From: Cyanobacteria bacterium auto_48_18 | Lineage (GTDB): Bacteria; Cyanobacteriota; Vampirovibrionia; Obscuribacterales; Obscuribacteraceae | Direction: 5' to 3' | Length of the DNA stretch: 64,000 nucleotides | NCBI GenBank assembly: GCA_036170915.1 | Contig: JAVHQC010000016.1 | Coordinates: 69,527 to 133,526 of the forward strand | Shown: positions 62,866 to 64,000 of the stretch, piece by piece | Numbering within the stretch: the stretch's first letter is position 1 | Layout: each line of letters starts with the position of its first letter | Program-made: the position numbers and the translations under genes | The notes under the pieces: generated by a model | What the model was told of the DNA's origin: nothing | The model's input: only the letters and a program-made list of their open reading frames with translations | Databases searched by the model: none

Positions 62866-63630
62866 TTTTTAAATAGACTCGACAGTTGCAGATCTTTTTC
62901 GTGCGGCCTGCAAATTTGCTATGAAGCTGCTCTAAAGTGCGCCACAGGGCTTGTGAAATGCCTCTCGCGCTTGATAACTAATCGATACCGAGAGTGGTAT
63001 CGATCGATCACAGAGTTGATTTTATTGGCGATTGAAGTCGGCTGTAATTTTTCAATCGAATCGATTTTGTACTCTTCGCTAAAGGCAGGATTTTTCCAAA
63101 TCACACAAAAAAAACCACTTCAGCCTTTTTTTGTGACAGAAACGAAAAAATATTTTTTCGTCTTTTAATGGCCTCGTCAAAGTGGTACCACTATTATTGA
63201 TGACACTGTTGAAACCGGCTGGTCATGCGCGTTCTACGTAGTGGTATCGCCGGTAATTCACCCTCAATTCAAGGTCTATCTGTCACCACTACGATCAGTA
63301 ATCGGCATAGAAGAGAAGATATATATATTGCAATTTATTCCATTCGAATGTAATCTATGGCACGTGTGGTGTAAAGGTAATCGAGTGTCACTTTTTAAAA
63401 AGTGATTGCTCTACGAAAAAAAAAGGTGGTACTGAGCGTAAGACCGAAACGATAAATTTGAATGACCGACCTGAGAAGCAATTGAAGCAATAACTAAAAG
63501 CCTCAACTTGAATCACTTTAGTAGTTCATAAGATATCGCCTAGATCATCCGCTTCAATTTGGAACTATTTTCCGGCTTGTGTCTGTGAAAGTTCCGCCCA
63601 CCTGATTGATTTCCAAGGGAGGAAAAATAC

Positions 63631-64000
63631 ATGGCAACCAAGCCAACCAAGAAGAAGTCCACTAAGAGAGCAAAGATCTCTCCTGCTGCCGCTATGGCTG
63701 AAGAGTCAACCGGTACAGCAGCTAAGCCTAAAAAGGCTGCTGCTAAGAAAGCAACCAAAAAAGCTGCTCCTAAAAAAGCTACCGCTAAGAAAGCTGCTCC
63801 TAAAAAATCTACTGCTAAGAAAGCTGTAGCAAAGAAAGCTGCTCCTAAGAAAGCTGTTGCTAAAAAGGCTGCTCCTAAAAAAGCTACCGCCAAAAAGACC
63901 GTAGCTAAGAAAGCTGCTCCTAAGAAGACTGCAGCTAAGAAAGCAGCTCCTAAAAAAGCTACCGCCAAAAAGACCGTAGCTAAGAAAGCTGCTCCTAAGA
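63631..64000 (+). CDS. Histone H1-like Lys/Ala/Pro-rich protein (partial; runs off the window end; absent from ORF track)
   Basis: AGGGAGG SD, then [15 protein letters not shown]...[22 protein letters not shown]..., open to the window end. Confidence 0.88.
   Translation, partial: MATKPTKKKSTKRAKISPAAAMAEESTGTAAKPKKAAAKKATKKAAPKKATAKKAAPKKSTAKKAVAKKAAPKKAVAKKAAPKKATAKKTVAKKAAPKKTAAKKAAPKKATAKKTVAKKAAPK
63730..64000 (+). repeat. 15/30-nt coding tandem repeats (KKAAP / KKATA pentapeptides)
   Basis: Recurrent gctaagaaagctgctcctaa and aaagctaccgc units. Confidence 0.9.

Noticed and set aside
62919..63168. Two short overlapping ORFs (61 and 71 aa) in the long intergenic region
   Set aside because: Non-ATG starts, no SD, and they run through homopolymer tracts and palindromes; likely non-coding
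62866..63630. Replication origin
   Set aside because: No cluster of DnaA boxes (TTATCCACA-like) seen and no dnaA/dnaN nearby
63540..63968. 142-aa minus-strand ORF of AAFLG repeats
   Set aside because: Antisense shadow of the Lys/Ala-rich plus-strand gene, which has the SD

Overview
This is a 64-kb chromosomal window with no phage, IS or CRISPR elements. The split rpoC1/rpoC2, YlqD, System II cytochrome c biogenesis and lack of photosynthesis genes suggest a non-photosynthetic member of the cyanobacterial lineage (Melainabacteria/Vampirovibrionia-like; inference). Ordinary content: rpoB-rpoC1-rpoC2, an OmpR/HK two-component pair with a TolC-RND-MFP efflux operon, plsC, a thiolase, gap-pgk, nfu, lnt, ruvC, prenyl synthase-sirC-like-ccsB-ccsA, a sigma-70 factor, P5C dehydrogenase, thyA-folA-cytochrome c-aat, eutA/eutB/eutC, a cyclophilin, an adenosine deaminase and a histone-H1-like protein. 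The main result is a selenocysteine system the ORF track misses. A tRNA-Sec (UCA) lies beside rpoB. Two adjacent in-frame ORFs (21443-21700 and 21725-22522) are separated only by a TGA that is followed by a SECIS-like hairpin. Read through, they give one exported 359-aa thioredoxin-fold protein whose Sec motif resembles eukaryotic selenoprotein N. Other leads are an Mre11/SbcD homologue that has lost most metal ligands and is paired with a membrane-anchored SMC ATPase, divergent eutB/eutC with a probable AUU start or frameshift in eutC, inferred operator boxes for the two-component system, an orphan AbiTii-like gene, a dif-like site beside a xer gene, and a palindrome-rich 765-nt non-coding leader. 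All protein calls come from motif recognition by eye; no database searches were run.
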